A DNA stretch of 64,000 nucleotides from Octopus vulgaris (GCA_951406725.2 OX597824.1:77438001-77502000), one strand, 5' to 3'; shown: positions 1 to 15,279, counted from the first letter of the stretch. The notes: generated by a model not told the origin, from the sequence alone. Translations and numbers: made by a program.

Positions 1-351
1 ATAGATAGATAGACAGTAAGATAGACAAGCAGATAGAAAGATAGATAGATAGAAAGATAGATAGAGACGTGAGGACAGACAGATTGATCAACAAATAGTG
101 AGAAGCAGTATACAAAGAGAAAAACGGTGTGAGAAAGGCAGAACACATACCGACACAAAGAGATAAATAGATTATATATGTAGAAATAAACAAACAAACA
201 TATGTATATGTTTATACACGCGCGCGTGTATACATTCTGACAGATGCAAATAGCCAAACACACACACACACATAGAAACATAGAGAATGAAAGAGTGAAA
301 GAAGACCGACAGACAATCGAATATATATAAACACATATATACATACACACT

Positions 352-390
<39 letters not shown>

Positions 391-709
391 CTAAATATAA
401 ATATTTATACATAGTTATGTATGTATATGTATGTGTGAATTATATGTATAACATATATTTGAGTGTATTACAAAACATACATGCATATATATGTGTGTGT
501 ATATATATATATATACACATATACATGCGTGTATATATATAGTTATGTATGTATATATGTGTGAATTATATGTATAACATATATATTTGTGTGTATTACG
601 AATACATACATGCATATATATGTGTGTATATATATACATATACATATACATGCGTGTATAAATGTATATGTATTTATATATATATATGTATATATGTATA
701 TATATTTAC

Positions 710-740
<31 letters not shown>

Positions 741-757
741 ATATATATATATATATA

Positions 758-833
<76 letters not shown>

Positions 834-1239
834 ATATTTATAGAGGGCCATGTATGTATATATATCAGAGTATACAATAAATAATTGTATATATATATAT
901 TATATATATTTATATATATATACGTATATATGAGAATTACTTACTTGATTGAAAAGCAGACGACATCGTTGGTGGCGGGAAAGAAAGAAAGAGAAACTGA
1001 GAGAAAGAAAGGGGAAAGAGAGGGAGTGGGGAGCGAGGGAAAAAGAGAGAGAGAGACAGACAGAGAGAGAGAGAGAAAAAGAAAGCGTGATGGGGACGAA
1101 GGCGGCAACTATGACAAACGGTAAGAATTTTATCCAAAAGCTTTGAAAGAGAATAAATGTTGCCGCTGCTGAAGCTAAAGCTAAAGCCGACCATCTCCTC
1201 TTCTTGCTGCCTCTTACAAACAGGCAGCAGGGATTACCA

Positions 1240-1848
1240 CATCGTCGTCGTCGTTGTCGTTGTCGTCGTCATAGTCGTCGTCGTCATCGTCTTACATATC
1301 GTAATGGCTGTGGTGATGGTGGTGGTGGTGGTGGTGGTGGTGGTGGTGGTGGTGGTGGTGGTGGTGATAATAATGATGGTCGTCGTCGTCGTCGTCTTAC
1401 ATATCGTAATGGCAGTGGTGGTGATGGTGGAGGTGCTGGAGGTGGTGGTGGTGGATGTGGTGGTGGTGGTGGTGGTGATAATAATGATGGTCGTCGACGT
1501 CGTCGTCGTTCTTACATATCGTAATGGCGGAGGTGGTGATGGCGGAGGTGATGGTGGAGATGGAGGAGGTGGTGGTGGATGTGGTGGTGATAATAATGAT
1601 GGTCGGTCGCCGTAGTCGTCGTAGTCGTCGTCGTCGTCGTGGTTGTGATTGGAAGCGATAGCGGCGCAGGAGGAGGAGGAGAAGGAGAAGGAGGAGAAGG
1701 AAGAGGAGGCGGTTGATAGCTGTAGTCGTTGTCGTGGTAGTAGTGATGGGTGGGTGGTGGTGGTGGTGGTGGTGGTGGTGGTGGTGAGGGGGAACTAGTC
1801 GCAGTCGTCGTGTTAGAGGTGGCGATAATAATAATAATAATAATAATG

Positions 1849-1887
<39 letters not shown>

Positions 1888-2600
1888 GTGGTGGTGATGG
1901 TGGTGATGGTGATGGTGGTGGGGGTGCAATAGTCGTAGTCGACGTGATAGTGATGGCGGAGGCGACGAAGACTTGTAGTCGTGGTGGTCGTTGTCGTAGG
2001 GGAATAGTCGTAGTCGTAGTCGTAGTGGTAGTCGTTAAGATGAGGGTGGTGACGGTGACGGTGACGGTGATGGTGATGGTGATGGTGGTGGTAGGAAAAA
2101 CAGTCGCGGTCGTTGTGGAAAAACAGTCGCCGTTGATGCGATGATGGTGGCGGTGGCGGCGGCGGTGTGTCGTGTCGTCGATTGCCGTGGAAGCGGATGA
2201 AAAGGATGAAGACGAGGAGTAGGGAGGAGAAGGAAATGGTAGTTGTTGTTGTTGTTGTTGGTCGTTGCTGGTGGGATTTCGTCGAGTTTATTGTAAGTAT
2301 TTTGTCACGGTTGTCGTTCTTCTACTTGCCTTTATTGTTGTTATACTTGTTGTTTGAAGAAGGCGGCGGCGGCGACGACGATAATGTAATATCAGCAACA
2401 GTATTACTTATGCGGTAGCAAACATTGGTGGCGGCGTCGACGGTGCGGTGTCAGCAGTAATAGCAGCAATAGTAGTAGTAGTTGTAGCAGCAGCAGCGAA
2501 ATTGTTGATGTGGTGGTGGCGGTGGTGGTGGTGGTGGTGGTATTTATTGCGGCGACTACTTTACTATTACTACTATATTTACATTTACAACTACTATCAC
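1240..2600. repeat. Compound trinucleotide low-complexity tract (GTC/GGT/GAT/TAA/GGA)
   Basis: Direct inspection; includes three copies of cttacatatcgtaatggc. Confidence 0.9.
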
Positions 2601-2939
2601 TACAAACACCAGGTATTTGCTGTCAGGTTTAGGGAAGTTTAACTTCTCAAACCACGTGTTTCGAGTTTCGATCTCACTGCCCGGCACTTTGACCATGTGA
2701 ATATATTCTGTTATAGCTTTTGGATTTCTTGTATAGTTTGTTTCAAGAGGAACTGGAAGAATTTGGCTGACGGAAACTATTCGGAAAGCTCATCGTATCT
2801 ATCTTCTCTCCATATATATATATATAGAAGTCATATAGACACAAATGTGTATACAGGCACACACACACAAACATATATATTCATATTTAACAGAAGTAAC
2901 AGTGACTCAAGGCTCAGAGTTTCGTGCGTTGGCGCATCA

Positions 2940-3020
<81 letters not shown>

Positions 3021-3661
3021 GCTAGCTAGCTAGCTATATATATGTATATATGTATATATATATATTAATAAATAAAACATATGCATATATATAAACATAT
3101 ATGTACGTACCTACCTCTACATGTACATATACACGCATATATGAGTACAGGACACCAAAAAGATCGTCGAACACAATGAGAAACGAAAACATGGACACAA
3201 ACCCAAGGAACTGGACATTTTTTTAAACAACAACAAAAAAATAGAGTACAGGACAATTAACACAAGGAAAAAACCCCTTCTTCAGTCGCTATATATATAT
3301 ATATATATATAATATATATCACCTGCTTATTGTTATATAAAGGCTCTGTCCCCAAATGATCACGATAGGTGATTTCCACTAAACATTTAGCCGACTTCAC
3401 TGTATAAACAGGCTCTTCTCTGCAGGACAAACCTTTGGAACAGATTCCCCCACTCTTTCTCTTCCCAGCCTTAGTTTTTTTTTTATTTCATTAAGTAAAA
3501 AATTCTTATATACACACGGTGACATAGAACCAACGTTGAACCCCTTATTCGCAAAATTACCGAACCTGGAACTTAACTTTGATCTGTCTATAGCACTTAT
3601 TCAGCATTACCTGACACCTTTGGGTCTCAATGACACCATTACCTCTCATAACTATATATAT

Positions 3662-3828
<167 letters not shown>

Positions 3829-3839
3829 ATATATATATA

Positions 3840-4113
<274 letters not shown>

Positions 4114-4434
4114 TATACATATATATATATATATATATGCACTTTGATAATGACATATATCAATCACCGAAGGATCTAAACAACGGTGAGAAAACTGAAA
4201 AAACCGTGCTCATGTACAGAAAGCCTTTGCTATATTTGTTCTACCCCGAGTTGCTGATGTTCTCCCTTTTTCACCGTCACGCTCTGAAATGCAGTAAACA
4301 TATGATTTGACAATAGCGAAACATTCCACAGCTAACGACGTTATTGTTCACCATTTTGCATTGTAAAATAGACATAATGTTTGTTGTAGTAGTTGTAGTA
4401 AATAACATTTATAGTACTAGTGTCACTACTGTTA

Positions 4435-4840
4435 CTATAACTACCACCACCACCACCACTACACCACCACCACCACCATCATCATCATCACCACCACCAC
4501 CACCATCATCATCATCACCACCACCACCACCACCACCACCACCACCACCACCACTACCACCACCACCATCATCACCACCACCCACCACCACCACTACCAC
4601 TACCACCACCATCATCATCACCACCACCATCATCACTACCACCACCACCACCACCACCACCACCACCACCATCATCATCATCACCACCACCACCACCACC
4701 ACCACCACCACCATCATCACCACCACCACCACCACCACCACCACTACTACAGTAACTGCACCGGTAGCAGCAGTAACAGTAGCAGTAGTAGCAAAAGCTG
4801 TAGTAGTAGTAGTAGTAGTAGTAGTAAGCAGCAGCAACAG
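4435..4840. repeat. (ACC)n/(ATC)n/(AGT)n compound microsatellite
   Basis: Direct inspection. Confidence 0.95.
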
Positions 4841-5149
4841 TTTACAATAATATTTACCCAACAACCGCTACGAGATGGTCACGGATGGACAACTATGTTC
4901 ATAGGTTTTTACTCGGCATTGGCTTGGGACCAAGCAAGCAATAACAATGACCAAAGTAAAACGAAGTTTCCACAAGATGGTCGTTCGACTTGTTAGACAT
5001 AACAGCTAAATCACCTTCAATTCAAAACCGAATGTTTTTGTCTTTTGTCCTTAAATGAGGACAAATTTAATAATATATGCGTAAAAAAAAAAAAACAGAA
5101 AGAAAACCAACCCCGGACTGGTTACGGTCGGATGGTATTCGAATATAGA

Positions 5150-5566
5150 AGGCGGCGAGCTGGCAGAAACGTCAGCACGCCGGGCGAAATGCGTAGCCGT
5201 ATTTCGTCCGCCGTTACGTTCTGAGTTCAAATTCCGCCGAGGTCGACTTTGCCTTTCATCCTTTCGGGGTCGATAAATTAAGTACCAGTTACGCACTGGG
5301 GATCGATCTAATCGACTTAATACCTATGTCTGTCCTTGTTTGTCCCCTCTGTGTTTAGCCCCTTGTGGGTAGTAAAGAAATAGGTATTTCGTTTGCCGCT
5401 ACGTTCTGAGTTCAAATTCCGCCGAGGTCGACTTTGCCTTTCATCCTTTCTGGGTCGATTAAATAAGTACCAGTTACGCACTGGGGTCGGTGTAATCGAC
5501 TTAATCCGTTTGTCTGCCTTTGTTTGTCCCCTCTGTGTTTAGCCCCTTGTGGGTAATAAAGAAATG
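5150..5566 (+). mobile_element. SINE family A, head + 2 body units
   Basis: ggcggcgagctggcagaaacg head, gagttcaaattcc B box, 16-bp TSD ggtattcgaatataga at 5134 and 5567. Confidence 0.9.
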
Positions 5567-5934
5567 GGTATTCGAATATAGATCGACTCGTTCATGGCAG
5601 AACTGGGGTTAAATAATAATAATATCAACAACTGTATTAATTTCATTGTCGACTGCAGAAGCCACGGTGTTTTTGCGAGGAGAAACAGGAGAATAACAAC
5701 GAGTCATGTAAAGAAGTCAAGTCGCTACATGAGTTGCTTGTTCTGCTAGAAATAGTAGCCTAATTTTCTTTTAGACCATACCTGGAAGGAAGGAAGGATG
5801 TGTTGAAATAATGCAGGCCTGGATATGCAATGCCTGAAATGAAATAAATAAATAATTAAATAAATAAATAAATCGGACGGTATGTTGAAAGACTGGAGCG
5901 CTTTTGGCTATGTGAATATATATATATATATATA

Positions 5935-5978
<44 letters not shown>

Positions 5979-6894
5979 TATATATAGTATAGTCTAGTGA
6001 ATGAATCAATGCCGACCTGGGGTTGAATTCTAGCAACAACAGCAGCAGCAACAATAATTAGCAGCCGCAACAACAACAACAATATAACTCTGACTGCGGC
6101 AACAGCAGTAATAACAACATCGATAACAACAGCTGCTGCAGTTGCAACAGTAATAACAACACCACCACCAACACCAACAACGACTACGGCAACACCATTG
6201 CCAGAGGGTGGCGGCTGTACGTCGTTGCGTGAGCTAGAAGAAATAGCAGCTAAATTTTCTGTTATATCATACCGGCGTATCATCATAAAATAAGGAAACA
6301 AGATATGCTGAATACTGTAGCTCCGAGCATAGCATTAAAAAGGCGGAGTGGTCACGGCTGGAATGTTTTACATCACGGAAAGGTATATGCTCTGATGACC
6401 TGGTGTTAAACTACAATGAAGGCTAGATCGAAGGAGACTTTTCAACGTGGTTTGCTCAGCTCAGCTTGTTAGACGTCAAATAAATCTCTCTCTGTGTGCA
6501 TCGCTGTATTGCTTTAATAATAATAATAATAATAATAATAAATCAAAGGATAAACAGGAATATTGTCGCCTTTGAAAGACACTGTGTTTGTAAAAATGAA
6601 AAAAAACGACAAAATCAAATGAGATGGTCATGTTTGGAATGCATTTTTAATCATGTTTCTCTGGTCACTGAGTGCAAAGACCTGGAACTGAATAAACAAA
6701 ATCAGCTGTGAACGTTATCGTTTCACCGTTTGGTGTGACTACTAACAAACAGCTTAGGTATCTGCAGCGAGAGAGTAATTTCGACAGCAACAGGATCGGT
6801 AGAGCGTCAGATGAAATGCATTACGTACGGTATTACAGTTGCTGATGCATACGTTTCGAGTTCGAATCTCGCCGAGGTCATCTTTGTTTTGCGC

Positions 6895-8263
6895 TTTATT
6901 TATTTATTTTTTTAATTTATTTTTTTCAATTTTCTGGGGTCAGCAGATGTGAATGGAAGTATATAACAACAACGGTGGTAACAGTTACAGGTCAACCCTT
7001 TATTTATTAATTTTTTTTTTTTTTTTTTAAATTTTCTGGGGTCAGCAGATGTGAATGGAAGTATATAAAAACAACGGTGGTAACAGTTACAAGTCAACCC
7101 TTTATTTATTCTTTTTTTTTTTTTCAATTTTCTGGGGTCAGCAGATGTGAATGGAAGTATATAACAACAACGGTGGTAACAGTTACAGGTCAACCCTTTA
7201 TTTATTCTTTTTTTTTTTTTTTTCAATTTTCTGGGGTCAGCAGATGTGAATGGAAGTATATAACAACAACGGTGGTAACAGTTACAGGTCAACCCTTTAT
7301 TTATTCTTTTTTTTTTTTTTCAATTTTCTGGGGTCAGCAGATGTGAATGGAAGTATATAACAACAACGGTGGTAACAGTTACAGGTCAACCCTTTATTTA
7401 TTCTTTTTTTTTTTCAATTTTCTGGGGTCAGCAGATGTGAATGGAAGTATATAACAACAACGGTGGTAACAGTTACAGGTCAACCCTTTATTTATTCTTT
7501 TTTTTTTTTTTCAATTTTCTGGGGTCAGCAGATGTGAATGGAAGTATATAACAACAACGGTGGTAACAGTTACAGGTCAACCCTTTATTTATTCTTTTTT
7601 TTTTTTTCAATTTTCTGGGGTCAGCAGATGTGAATGGAAGTATATAACAACAACGGTGGTAACAGTTACAGGTCAACCCTTTATTTATTTATTTATTTTT
7701 TTTTCAATTTTCTGGGGTCAGCAGATGTGAATGGAAGTATATAACAACAACGGTGGTAACAGTTACAGGTCAACCCTTTATTTATTTTTTTTATTTTTTC
7801 AATTTTCTGGGGTCAGCAGATGTGAATGGAAGTATATAACAACAACGGTGGTAACAGTTACAGGTCAACCCTTTATTTATTTATTTATTTTTTTTCAATT
7901 TTCTGGGGTCAGCAGATGTGAATGGAAGTATATAACAACAACGGTGGTAACAGTTACAGGTCAACCCTTTATTTATTTATTTATTTTTTTCAATTTTCTG
8001 GGGTCAGCAGATGTGAATGGAAGTATATAACAACAACGGTGGTAACAGTTACAGGTCAACCCTTTATTTATTTATTTATTTTTTTTTTTTCAATTTTCTG
8101 GGGTCAGCAGATGTGAATGGAAGTATATAACAACAACGGTGGTAACAGTTACAGGTCAACCCTTTATTTATTTATTTATTTATTTATTTATTTCAATTTT
8201 CTGGGGTCAGTAGGTGTGAATGGAAGTATATAACAACTACGGCGGTAAGAGTTACAGATCAAC
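6895..8263. repeat. Minisatellite, 14 units of ~97 bp
   Basis: Near-invariant core caattttctggggtcagcagatgtgaatggaagtatataacaacaacggtggtaacagttacaggtcaaccc separated by T-rich tracts of variable length. Confidence 0.95.
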
Positions 8264-8840
8264 TAGGGAGTCTTAAGCGCAGTCGCTCGATTAGCTCGAA
8301 ATAACAGCTAAATCTCAAACTACACTGTACTGTCGTAAGTGAGAAGCGGACCAAACTGCATCATCATAACTTTTATCGGTCACAGTTGACATATTGTTAA
8401 AAAAACAACAACAGCAACAACAAGAATTACAAACAATAAAAAAATAATAATCTTTTCTACTATAAGCAGAACATTGACCCCCAGTACTCAACTGGTACTT
8501 AATTCATCGACCCCGAGAGAATAAAAGGCAAAGTTGACCTGGTAGAATTTGAACTCAGAACAGAGCGACGGGCGAAACACCACTGCTAAGCATTTCGTCC
8601 ATCATGCTAACGAGTCTGCCAACTCGCCGCCTTAATGACAATAACAACAGCAACAACAATAATACTAGCTAGAACAATAACTACGTTGCCACTATGTGAG
8701 CATACATAATACTAGAAATAGCAGTTAAATCTCTCCAAATAACGTACTTTACCTCTGACAGGGTAAAGGAAAGACAGGTAGAAAAATATAGACTTGGATA
8801 TCCTATGCCTAAAAAGATGATTGCAGCTGGAATGTCTTCT

Positions 8841-9617
8841 TATTTCTTTACTGCCCATAAGGAGCTACACACAGAGGGGACAAAGAAGGACAGACAAACG
8901 GATTAAGTCGATTACATCGACCCCAGTGCGTAACTGGTACTTAATTTATCGACACCGAAAGGATGAAAAGCAAAGTCGACCTCGGCGGAATTTTAACTCA
9001 GAACGTAACAGCAGACGAAATGCCTATTTCTTTACTACCTACAAAGGGCTAAACACAGAGAGGACAAACAAATGGATTAAGTCGATTATATTAACCTCAG
9101 TGCGTAACTGGTACTTAATTTATCGACCTCGAAAGGATGAAAGGCAAAGTCGACCTCAGCGGAATTTGAACTCAGAACGTAGTGGCAGACGAAAAACCTA
9201 TTTCTTTACTACCTACAAAGGGCTAAACACAGAGAAGACAAACAAGGACAGACAAACGGATTAAGTCGATTATATCGACCCCTCAGTGCGTAACTGGTTC
9301 TTATTTAATCGACCCCGAAAGGATGAAAGGCAAAGTCGACCTCAGCGGAATTTGAACTCAAAACGTAACGGCAGACGAAATACCTATTTCTTTTATTACC
9401 CATTAGGGGCTAAACATAGAAGGGACAAACAAGGACAGACAAACGGATTAAGTCGATTATATCGACCCCAATGCGTAGCTGGTACTTATTTAATCGACCC
9501 CGAAAAGATGAAAGGCAAAGTCGACCTCGGCGGAATCTGAACTCAGAACGTAACGGCCGACAAAATACCGCTAAGCATTTTCGCCCGGCGTGCTAACGAT
9601 TCTGCCAGCTCGCCGCC
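8841..9617 (-). mobile_element. SINE family A, head + 4 body units
   Basis: Four ~175-185-bp units; imperfect 11-bp TSD gaatgtYttct. Confidence 0.9.
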
Positions 9618-9713
9618 TGAATGTTTTCTGTCATAGCCCTGCTCTATAGTGGAAGCAGCAGCAGCAGCAGCAGCAGTAGCAGTAGCATTAGTAGTAGTAG
9701 TAGTAGTAGTAGC

Positions 9714-9773
<60 letters not shown>

Positions 9774-9804
9774 TTTAGTAGTAGTAGTCGTAGTAGTAGT
9801 AGTT

Positions 9805-9868
<64 letters not shown>

Positions 9869-10215
9869 CAGCAGTAGTATGGGAGTGGCATGCATTGTAT
9901 CAGTGTATCACTGCATCAGCCATTTGTCGGTGAATCCCTATTCCTGATGGATAACGCCCTTTGCATCCTCCAACCCATGGGTCTTTTTGGGTAATTCAAG
10001 TCCTTCCTAACCCCACCCTCTTTTAGTCGTCTTTTGCGACACGCAGAGGAAACGTTGGGCCTGTAATAAGCATCATCTATTGTGACTCTAACATTTTGGG
10101 TCAAAATTTCTCATAAGTCTATATACATACACAGCAGCATACATACATACATACATACATACATACATACATACATACATACATACATACATGTATATAT
10201 ATGTATATGCATATG

Positions 10216-10256
<41 letters not shown>

Positions 10257-10367
10257 GCCAGCGGGGTGGCGTCATTTGAAGGTTAAAACAATGCGAAGCG
10301 CATTGTGACCAGCGATGTGTAGCAACATCCGATAGCCTGGTCAGTCACGGTGATCACGGTGATCACG

Positions 10368-10432
<65 letters not shown>

Positions 10433-10761
10433 TTATATATATATATATTTATATACATATATGTATGTATGTATGTATGTATGTATAAATTTATATAAAT
10501 AAGTATAAGATCGTTAATTTAAATTATCGATCTTACCAAGTGGCCAGCATGGGAATAAAAACCTTTAAAGGTAATAATTCTCATTGAAATTATAATTCAG
10601 GGTATCTAAGAGATACCATCACGCTGGAAATGGCAGCCGAAACTTGACTCTAAAACCACATTAAATGATCATACACTACCTGGCGTGGTCTTAAAGTCAT
10701 GTTTTGGCTGCTATTTCCAGCGTGGAGGTATCTCTTAGATACCTTAAATTATAATTTTATA

Positions 10762-11012
<251 letters not shown>

Positions 11013-11386
11013 TATATATATATATACATATAATATAAATAATATAAATATTGTATAAATATATGCATATATAAATACATATATGTACAAACCTACATAT
11101 ATATGTATATATACATGCATACATGGGTACATGACATCAATAAAACGTCAAGAAACAGAGAAACGAGAACATAAAAAGCAAAAACAAAGAAAACGAACTT
11201 TTTTTCGAACAACAAAAGAAACAAATCGAGAAACGAGACAGGCAACATAAGGAACAGTCCCTTCATCAGTTGACCCCTGCTTTATCTACTCCACGTTTCG
11301 AAGGTGGGGACAAGACGCAGCATGTGTGTGTGTGTGTGTGTGTAAAAAATTTTTTAACTTTTCATTTAAGCGTAAGCAGATATTAA

Positions 11387-11783
11387 TCTCTCTATATATA
11401 AAGCTGAAATTGTCTGTGTATGGCAGGTTTCGCTGCCTTCAACTAACGCTATCTCCTCCGTGACTCTGCGGCGCAAGTTGACCAAAATTGAGAGTATGAT
11501 AGAAGAAGGCTTGGTCTTCCTTCCGTAAAAGAGAAAAAAATTCAAATTGGACCATGTTAACACCAAAAATTATTTACACCAAAAAGGTGCTTTTTTTTTC
11601 TATGAAAATCCCTATTTTTTACGATTTTTTGACTGCTGTGTCGCCATTTTTTGGTGTATTTCAACCAGAAAAATGTTCACGTAAAGAGAATAACAAGCTA
11701 CATAATACGAAATTTTTACTTTTCAAAAATTCCAATTCTAAAGAGTCGAAACAAACCCGAGCAACGCCGGGCGATACTGCTAG
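11387..11783 (+). mobile_element. Non-autonomous Helitron
   Basis: A|TC 5' end, subterminal hairpin cccgagcaacgccggg, 3' CTAG|T, no TSD. Confidence 0.8.
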
Positions 11784-12106
11784 TTAGAAAATATAGAGAA
11801 ATAGTAAATTCAGGCTTTAAAACAGTCATGTTATAAATCATGCATATACATATAACTAAGATATATATTTTACAAACATATGCATAGCTATGAGGTTGAA
11901 GAAAGTTCGCTTCGCAACAGTTTACTGGTTCGATCCCCTTGCACGGTATATAGTGCAAATGTCTCCTGTTGTATTTCTGGTATCATTAATGCCTTTATAA
12001 TGAATCAGGCGGTTAAAAACTGCACAAAAACCCATATGCACACATACATACATACATACATACATACATACATACATACATACATACATACGTACATACA
12101 TATATA

Positions 12107-12530
12107 GTTGCAGGCGTGGCTGTGTGGTAAGAATTTTGGTTCCCAACTACATGGTTCCGGGTTCGGTACGACTGCGTGGCACCTTGAGCAAGTGTTTTCT
12201 ACAAAAGCCTTGTAAGTGGATTTGGCAGACGGAAACCGAAAGTAGTCTGTCGTATAAGTGTGTGTGTGTGTGTATGTGTGTGTGTGCGCTTGCTCGTGTG
12301 TGAGCGTGTTTGGGTGTGTGTGCATAAATGTGATTGTATGCATGCGCTTGTGTTTGGCTACTACCACCGCATGAAGATAGGTGTTGGTGTGTTTACGTCC
12401 CCGAAACTTAATGGTTCGGCAAAAGACACCGATAGAATAAGTACCAGGTTTTAAGAAAAAAAATTAATACCAGACTGGGGTCGATTCGTTCCACTAAAAT
12501 TCTTCAAGGCAGTTTAATGACTGAAAATAA
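12107..12530 (+). mobile_element. SINE family B, older copy
   Basis: Diverged match to family B. Confidence 0.8.
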
Positions 12531-12831
12531 CACATTTCTTTAAGTTCAGCAATGTAGCGCTTCGATAAATGAGCTAGCAACAAGATCGATATAAATCCTG
12601 GAAACGATAATATCATGGTATATCATATTATACCATACGTGAAGGATAAGCCCCTGTATGGCCACAGTTCAGTGACTGAAGCTAATTAAAAGAATCTAAG
12701 AAAGAATAAGGTGCTTCGTCTCGCTCTGTCAAGGTGTTTGTTGCGTCTTTCGCGAAAACTTAGAGCATTTGTACCAAGAGACGACACGAAAGTCACATTG
12801 CATTAGTTTACATAGACAAATAATCATATTT

Positions 12832-12906
<75 letters not shown>

Positions 12907-13241
12907 CACACACACACTTACATTTCTCTACATATCAACTGCTAATACGCGCACACACACAGACACAAGACATCAGTAGGTTGCACTCGCTGCTTGCTTG
13001 TTTGCTTGTGTGTGTGTGTGAGTGTCTGTGTGTGTGTGTGTGTGCGTGCGCGCACGCGTGTGTGCGTGTGTGTGTGTACGCATGTATGTGTGTGTACATG
13101 CGTATACACTATATATCGATGTGTGTACATACGGTATGTAGGTATGTAGATGCATAGAGACACAATTATGCAAATTCGCATATTTCTATAAATATGCCAG
13201 TATGTGAATGCAGCTGAACGCATAAACACGTGCAGGCATTA

Positions 13242-14366
13242 CAGGGCCGGCCGAAGGTACCCGCAACTCGGGCAGTTACCCGGGGTGTCATGTGCTAAGG
13301 GGCGCCAAGGAGGGCGTGACAAAAACAAGGAAATTTCTACGACCTATTTCTTTACTACCCACAAGGGGCTAAACACAGAAGGGACAAACAAGGATTACAT
13401 CGACCCCAGTGCGTAACTGGTACTTATTTAATCGACCCCGAAAGGATGAAAGGCAAAGTCGACCTCGGCGGAATTTGAACTCAGAGCGTAGTGGTAGCCG
13501 AAATACCTATTTCTTTATTACCCACAAGGGGCTAAACACAGAGGGGACAAACAAGGACAGACATAGGTATTAAGTCGATTACATCGACCCCAGTGCGTAA
13601 CTGGTAATTAACTTATCGACCCCGAAAGGATGAAAGGCAAAGTCGACCTCGTCGAAATTTGAACTCAGAACGTAGTGGCAGCCGAAATACCTATTTCTTT
13701 ATTACCCACAAGGGGCTAAATACAGAGGGGACAAACAAGGACAGACATAGGTATTAAGTCGATTACATCAACCCCAGTGCGTAACTAGTACTTATTTAAT
13801 CGACCCCGAAAGGATGAAAGGCAAAGTCGACCTCGGCGGAATTTGAACTCAGATCGTAGTGGCAGCCGAAATACCCATTTCTTTATTACCCACAAGGGGC
13901 TAAACATAGAAGGGACAAACAAGGACAGACATAGGTATTAAGTCGATTACATCGACCCCAGTGCGTAACTGGTACTTAATTTATCGACTCCGAAAGGATG
14001 AAAGGCAAAGTCGACCTCGGCGGAATTTGAACTCAGAACGTAGTGGCAGCCGAAATACCTATTTCTTTATTACCCACAAGGGGCTAAACACAGAAGGGAC
14101 AAACAAGGACAGACATAGGTATTAAGTCGATAACATCGACCCCAATGCGTAACTGGTACTTAATTTATCGACCCCGAAAGGATGAAAGGCAAAGTCGACC
14201 TCGGCGGAATTTGAACTCACAACGTAACGCAGCCGAAATACCGCTAGGCATTCCCTGCCGGCGTGCTAACGATTCTGCCAGCTCGTCGGAAATTTCTACG
14301 ACCGTCAGCTTGTACATGCTGAACCTCAGCTTACCAGGGACGCCAGCAACCCAAGGGCCGGCCCTG
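13242..14366. mobile_element. Small MITE (hAT-like CAGGGCCGGCC TIRs) hosting the SINE A pentamer
   Basis: cagggccggcc at 13242-13252 and ggccggccctg at 14356-14366; no clean 8-bp TSD seen. Confidence 0.55.
13345..14287 (-). mobile_element. SINE family A, head + 5 body units
   Basis: ~184-bp period; 16-bp TSD ggaaatttctacgacc at 13329 and 14288. Confidence 0.9.
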
Positions 14367-14520
14367 CACGTATACAGTGCATGTTGTTTAGACTTATCGA
14401 AATATATGTATCTGTGTATCTGCGTGCATTCGTATTGGCACACACACACACACACACACACGCATACACATATATATGAACACGCACAAACACATACGCA
14501 CACACACACATATACATATA

Positions 14521-14713
14521 TACTCTTTTACTCTTTTACTTGTTTCAGTCATTTGACTGCAGCCATGTTGGAGCAACGCCTTTAATCGAGCAACTCAACC
14601 CCGGGACTTTTCTTTTGTAAGCCCAGTACTTATTCTATCGGTCTTAAACACACCAGCATCGGTTGTCAAGCAATGCTAGAGGGACAAACACAGACACACA
14701 AACACATACATAC

Positions 14714-14762
<49 letters not shown>

Positions 14763-14927
14763 TGCGACACACTTCTTTCAGTTTCCGTCTACCAAATCCA
14801 CTCACAAGGCATTGGTTGGCCCGGGGCTATAGCAGAAGACACTTACCCAAGATTCCACGCTGTGGGACTGAACCCGGAACCATGTGGTTGGTTAGCAAGC
14901 TACTTACCACACAGCCACTCCTGCGCC
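14521..14927 (-). mobile_element. SINE family B
   Basis: Match to family B with a small internal deletion. Confidence 0.9.
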
Positions 14928-15279
14928 TATATATGTATATGTATACACATATATAGGTATAAATATATAACCATATATGTATATGTTTGTGTCTCTGTTT
15001 GTTGTCCTCCACCCATCGCTTGACAACCGATGTTGGTGTGTTTAGGTCCCCGTAAAATGGCGGTTCGGCTTTGTATTAAAGAATAAGCTATAAATGTGGT
15101 TGAATTGATGTGCTTGTTAATTTGTAGTTTTCCCCATTTTCTAATTATTTGCATTGGTTCCTGATAAACTCTTGCTTCTCCTGTTGTCACCTGCAGTCTC
15201 GGAGATAATACAGGATACCGGTGGTATATACTGATATTTTATCCTTTAGTCAGTTACTATTAACCGCTAACTCTGTTTA

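Noticed and set aside
1157-2642. Gly-, Val- or Arg-rich ORFs
   Set aside because: Translations of compound trinucleotide microsatellites, open in several frames, with no splice or domain support.
4344-4864. Pro/Thr-rich mucin-like ORF and its antisense ORF
   Set aside because: Pure (ACC)n/(ATC)n tract.
6895-8263. CRISPR-like regular repeat array
   Set aside because: Intervening segments are only T-rich length variants, not unique spacers; no cas genes; eukaryotic context.
11255-11305. Hammerhead-like GAAA and CTGATGA on the minus strand
   Set aside because: Motifs are in permuted order and I could not form convincing stems; not counted, although the surrounding repeat (also at ~3090-3290) may be related.
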